A stretch of 64,000 bases of DNA from Macrostomum hystrix. Taxonomy: Eukaryota; Animalia; Platyhelminthes. The notes under the pieces were generated by a model. The model was not told the DNA's origin, made no database searches, and was given only the letters and a program-made list of their open reading frames with translations. Below, piece after piece: positions 60,019 through 64,000 of the stretch (position 1 is its first letter; every line of letters starts with the position of its first letter). Location of the stretch: contig CATNEN010000038.1 in NCBI GenBank assembly GCA_950097015.1, positions 32,302,001-32,366,000 of the forward strand. Reading direction: 5' to 3'. A program made the translations under genes and the position numbers.

Positions 60019-63000
60019 GGATCCTAGTCACTTCATCATTCACTTTATGTGTAAGACTTTGTCAAATCATACATCATACACTTCGTCAAATGATGTTTTG
60101 CTAAAATATAATTAGGCCTACCCTTGGTCAGTTCGTCATATACTAGTGAAGGCACTGCCAAACATTAGTCACTTCGTCATCTGCGAATCGGCCATGGTGC
60201 AGAAGGATTTCTGTGTACGACGGAAGGCAAATTTCAGTTTTAGCCTGCTGTACGACAGTACGACACAAGTGAACTAAGTAATTTTTTTTGTACGACAAAC
60301 TACAATGCAGAAACCCACATACTCCCGACCCAGACAAAGAGTAATAATAAGTTGTAAGTGGTAATAACAAGTTTACAAGTAATTGAAGTAATATTAATTA
60401 TGAATGATTCAATTAAATGAATTTATCAATTGGCATTATTGTCGCTGTCTTTGGGCTTCTGCTTCCGACGGCCGATGAATGGCACACGGGAAACAGCTGC
60501 TGCGCGCCTCTACAGCACCTTGCCGATGGCGTCCTTAGTTTTGGCAGCAAAAAATGGACTCCAATGCGGACGAATCCCACGGCTTTTGTCGCCTTTAAAA
60601 AAAAGTTTCGCAGAGTTGTCGAGAAATTCTTCGCATGCATCGCCGCCCATGGGTGGTAGCAACCAAGCTAACTTAGCGCGAAGCTGAAGGGTGTCGTTGG
60701 TTTGGCCTCCCTGTTGCTGTTGCGACCGCATAGTCGAGTAGAAGCTCTCGACAATCGCTTCTGGAAGAAAAAGGCGGAAAAATATGTAGATGAAATTCTG
60801 ATCAAATCTGACTGACTTGCCCAAGGTGACATTAGTTAATTTGTAGATAGCAACTGGAATTTGCAACTCACCAGTGCCACCTCGGTGTAGTGCAAAATCA
60901 AGTAGTGCACATGTTGCAAGGCCGGCTCGCTGGAAAACGTCTGGGTCGGCATAGAAAGACTGCTGCTTCGTCCACCACAACAGATGAAAATTCACCACCT
61001 GCTGTCAAACCCGATAGATGCAGTAACTGACGTGCCAAAGTGGGTGCTGCTACTTTTAAATCCGTCAGTGGCCCGTTGATGGAAGGCACCAGCCAGCTAC
61101 TGCGGCCTTCACCCGTGAAAATGACGTGGCGTATAGTGTCCACAAAGTTCGCAGCATACCTAAGTTTAGTGGACAAAAAATAAAATTAAATACAATTCGA
61201 TTTCGTTACATTTTTCTGTAGCAAAGTGGTCTTGAAATATGTGGTTTCCAGCCTCACACTAGTTACAGTACCAGTGCATTTATAGTTTTGATTGTGAAGG
61301 AGCTCACCTTCGGGCCATGGGAACTTTCAGATGAGCCAGGTGCTTATGCTTGACTGCCTCGGTCACAAGCCGCTTAAAGGCGGGAGCGCACTGGTCTGCA
61401 AACTCTTCTGCTGCAACTTCAGGGTCCCTGCATGCAATGGCACGGATGACGGCAGCTGCATCAAAGGAGGCACAATCAGAGGTGCTCGGGTCGCAGCAGC
61501 GTTGAATGCGAGCAACGAAGCTGCGGTGAAGTGCCCGGCAAGCTTCTGTGTATCACGTGCAATGTCCTGAGGAATTACTCAACTTGTTACTCGTACTAAC
61601 TACTAATAAATGTACTTGTCAAAGTTGAAAAATTACAAATTGCTAGTTTAAGTTTTGCAACAAATTAAGAAAACTTAAAAGTTACTTTTAGTTGTAGCTT
61701 GTAGTATAGTATATAGTGCTAGTGCAGTGCAGAGTGCATAGCCATAGATGATAGATTATAGAAAAGTAAAAGTTATAAGGGATAAGACAAAAGACATTAG
61801 TCAGATCAGATCAGATCTTAGATCACATCACGATCACAAGAGACGAGACTGACCAGAGGACGAGAATTACAAGATCAGATGATTATGAATTAATTCACAA
61901 TTCAATTCCCAGTAACACGATACAATGATACGCATTTCAAAAAAGAAATAAACAAGGTTAAGATTAAAACAACGGATGCACATTTGTGTGGCCTTGAATA
62001 TAAAAATGTGAAATTTGGTGCCACATAATAAAAAATTATTATTAAGTATGCCAAGATTATATTTTATTTGTGCCTCATAAAAAGATCTTTGAATAAATTT
62101 AATTTAATTATGAAAACGAAATTGTATTTTTAAATGCCTATGCATACATTGCATATAGCTTTCTAGTCAGAGATGTACGACAGTGACAGTGTGGCCAACA
62201 ACGGTACGACATGTACGACAAAGAGCCCTTGCAAAAATGAACGATGTATGACATGTACGACAACCAACCTCAATGTACGACGGAAATTTCCGTCGTACAC
62301 CCATCCTTCTGCACTATGGCGAATCGGCTCACTCCTCATATTTAGTCACTTCATCATCTGCCAATCGGCTATAGAGCTGTAAAATAAAAGTAAAAGTAAA
62401 ATAATGAGACTAAAAAGTAAAGAAAAACATTTTAAAACTGTACATAATTGTGCATTGTCAGATTGTAGCTCGGCGCATAAATTAACCAGCACTAGATTGC
62501 TCCATGAGCTTAGTGATGCTGCTGTTGTTGTTGTGCAAATGGTGGAATGTGTCCCAATCGTAAACATTCTAGCAAAAGGCTTCAAACAGAAATTTGTCTG
62601 GCACCATACTCGGCCCATAAGCGTTCAACTCGCACTTGCAGCCGCTGGTAGTGGTAGCGCGATCTGTGTAGAAAATGATTGGGCTGTGTACTATACTGTA
62701 CATGTAATAGACAGCAATGCGTATACGCAATGACCCAGTTCACCTACAGTATATATGCACATATACCTGTGCTGGCGCTCGTTGATCCCTTGGTGAACCA
62801 GTGCCACGTGAATGGGAACCAGACGCACCTTGGTGTGGAGCAGATGTAGCAATGGGTACAGTGTCAACTGCACTCGCTTAGCTCGATGTTTCAGATGTCG
62901 ATGCCACCCTTCTACTTCATTATTGGTTCTAATGGTCTGGCTGTGCACTGATCTCCGCGAGCTGGTGGACTGGGTTGTTAAGCCAAGTGCTGTTGATGTA

Positions 63001-63441
63001 CTCAGCCAGCTCTAGTAGCCGAGGTAGCTGAACACTGGTGACAATTGTCTGTAAATTAGAATGACAGCGGAGACAGATATATTGTATGCACGAGCAACGT
63101 CATAATACATGTACACTAAGTTCATTTACGCACTAAATAGGGTGCCTAAATATTAAGTATGCAGATATGCAAAGACTGTACATAAATATGTACATTTCCC
63201 CTTGCAAGTGGCACTGAAAAACTTACATTTATATGCGCTTACACAAACACTTATAGGAACAAACTATACTCATTACATCCACAATTCACAGATCAGTATA
63301 ATCTAAGTCACTTCATCAACTGCAAATTGATTAACTGTTGGATCTTGGTCACTTCATCATCTTTCAACAGTGCACACATTTAAATTGGTCAGTTTGTCAT
63401 CCAATATGACGATATGGTAGATGACGAAGTGACTAGCACCC
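60019..63441 (-). mobile_element. Mutator-like (MULE) DNA transposon, degenerate
   Basis: TIRs GG(A/G)T(C/G)CTAGTCACTTC(A/G)TCAT; 9-bp TSD C(T/A)CTGTGTG (60010-18 / 63442-50); subterminal AGTCACTTCATCA repeats. Transposase remnant RTNNEVEGWHRHL at 62691-62948 (-). Confidence 0.8.
60192..62319 (-). mobile_element. hAT-like DNA transposon nested in the MULE, degenerate
   Basis: TIRs CCAT(G/A)GTGCAGAAGGAT..GTGTACGACGG; perfect 8-bp TSD CGAATCGG (60184-91 / 62320-27); subterminal GTACGAC repeats. Minus-strand remnant LPEAIVESFYSTM resembles the hAT C-terminal motif. Superfamily call is tentative. Confidence 0.7.
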
Positions 63442-64000
63442 CACTGTGTGCGCCGCAACAGATTAGCAGTAAATTTTTTTGTGAGCTGTGCACAATGTAA
63501 AAACCATGTGCGCCAAGAAAAAAGAAACACACATTATATTAGGCCTAGTAGTTATTATATAGCAATCAAATGTCATCATCAGACTCAGATTCCGCCAGTT
63601 CAAATTTGTAGTATCGCCCAACAAATGGACAGCAAGGAACAGCCTTAATGATGCCGGTCTACAACTTTGCTTATAACATACTTCTTAGATGCGGGCTGCT
63701 GGAGGTCATAAAAAAGGGACCACGATGAGGTTTGATTGCAGCCTCCTTGTCCCCGGAGTATTAAGCTTGAGCAGCCTCATGCAGCAGCAGCTCTGATGCT
63801 TGCGTATAGATTGGAGGCAGCATCCATCAAAGTTTAGCTCTTTTTGCCAGAGTCGCATTCGTCTGACCACCCTGCTGTTCCTGTGAATGCATGACTGCGT
63901 AGAAAGTCTCTATGATTGCTTCTAAAAATATAGTGTGTGAGTTGGCATTATTTGCATCACAGTTAGAGAGTGAATGTTGGAATTTTTAAGCTTTGAAAAC

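Overview
Eukaryotic (animal) genomic DNA with spliceosomal GT-AG introns. The style (a minisatellite in most long introns, poly-Q-rich proteins, ATG-less first exons) suggests a free-living flatworm such as Macrostomum, but this is inference. Plus-strand genes: (1) the 3' part of a modular protein built from exon-encoded (R)NP(L/I)TG repeats, 36-10838; (2) a divergent typical 2-Cys peroxiredoxin with a disrupted peroxidatic motif, 14902-18661; (3) an intronless Ly6/three-finger GPI-type protein, 20721-21203; (4) mitochondrial EF-Ts, 24147-27051; (5) tuberin/TSC2, 11 exons, 30337-46660. Minus-strand genes: an intronless coiled-coil/NHL beta-propeller protein (52398-54059) and PHF12 (54831-57240). 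Mobile DNA: a full-length mariner with 113-bp TIRs and a catalytic D-to-N change, an adjacent internally deleted Tc1/IS630-like element, a tandemly duplicated 5'-truncated RTE LINE, two tRNA-derived SINE families, and a hAT-like element nested in a Mutator-like element. About 17 tandem-repeat arrays, nearly all with different units, fill introns and intergenic gaps. Most notable: TSC2 and PHF12 both begin at an AG in phase 0 with no genomic ATG for their conserved N-termini, which fits an initiator AUG donated by a flatworm spliced leader. Both also have a decayed copy of one of their own early exons just upstream. All gene models and homology calls were made by eye, without database searches.
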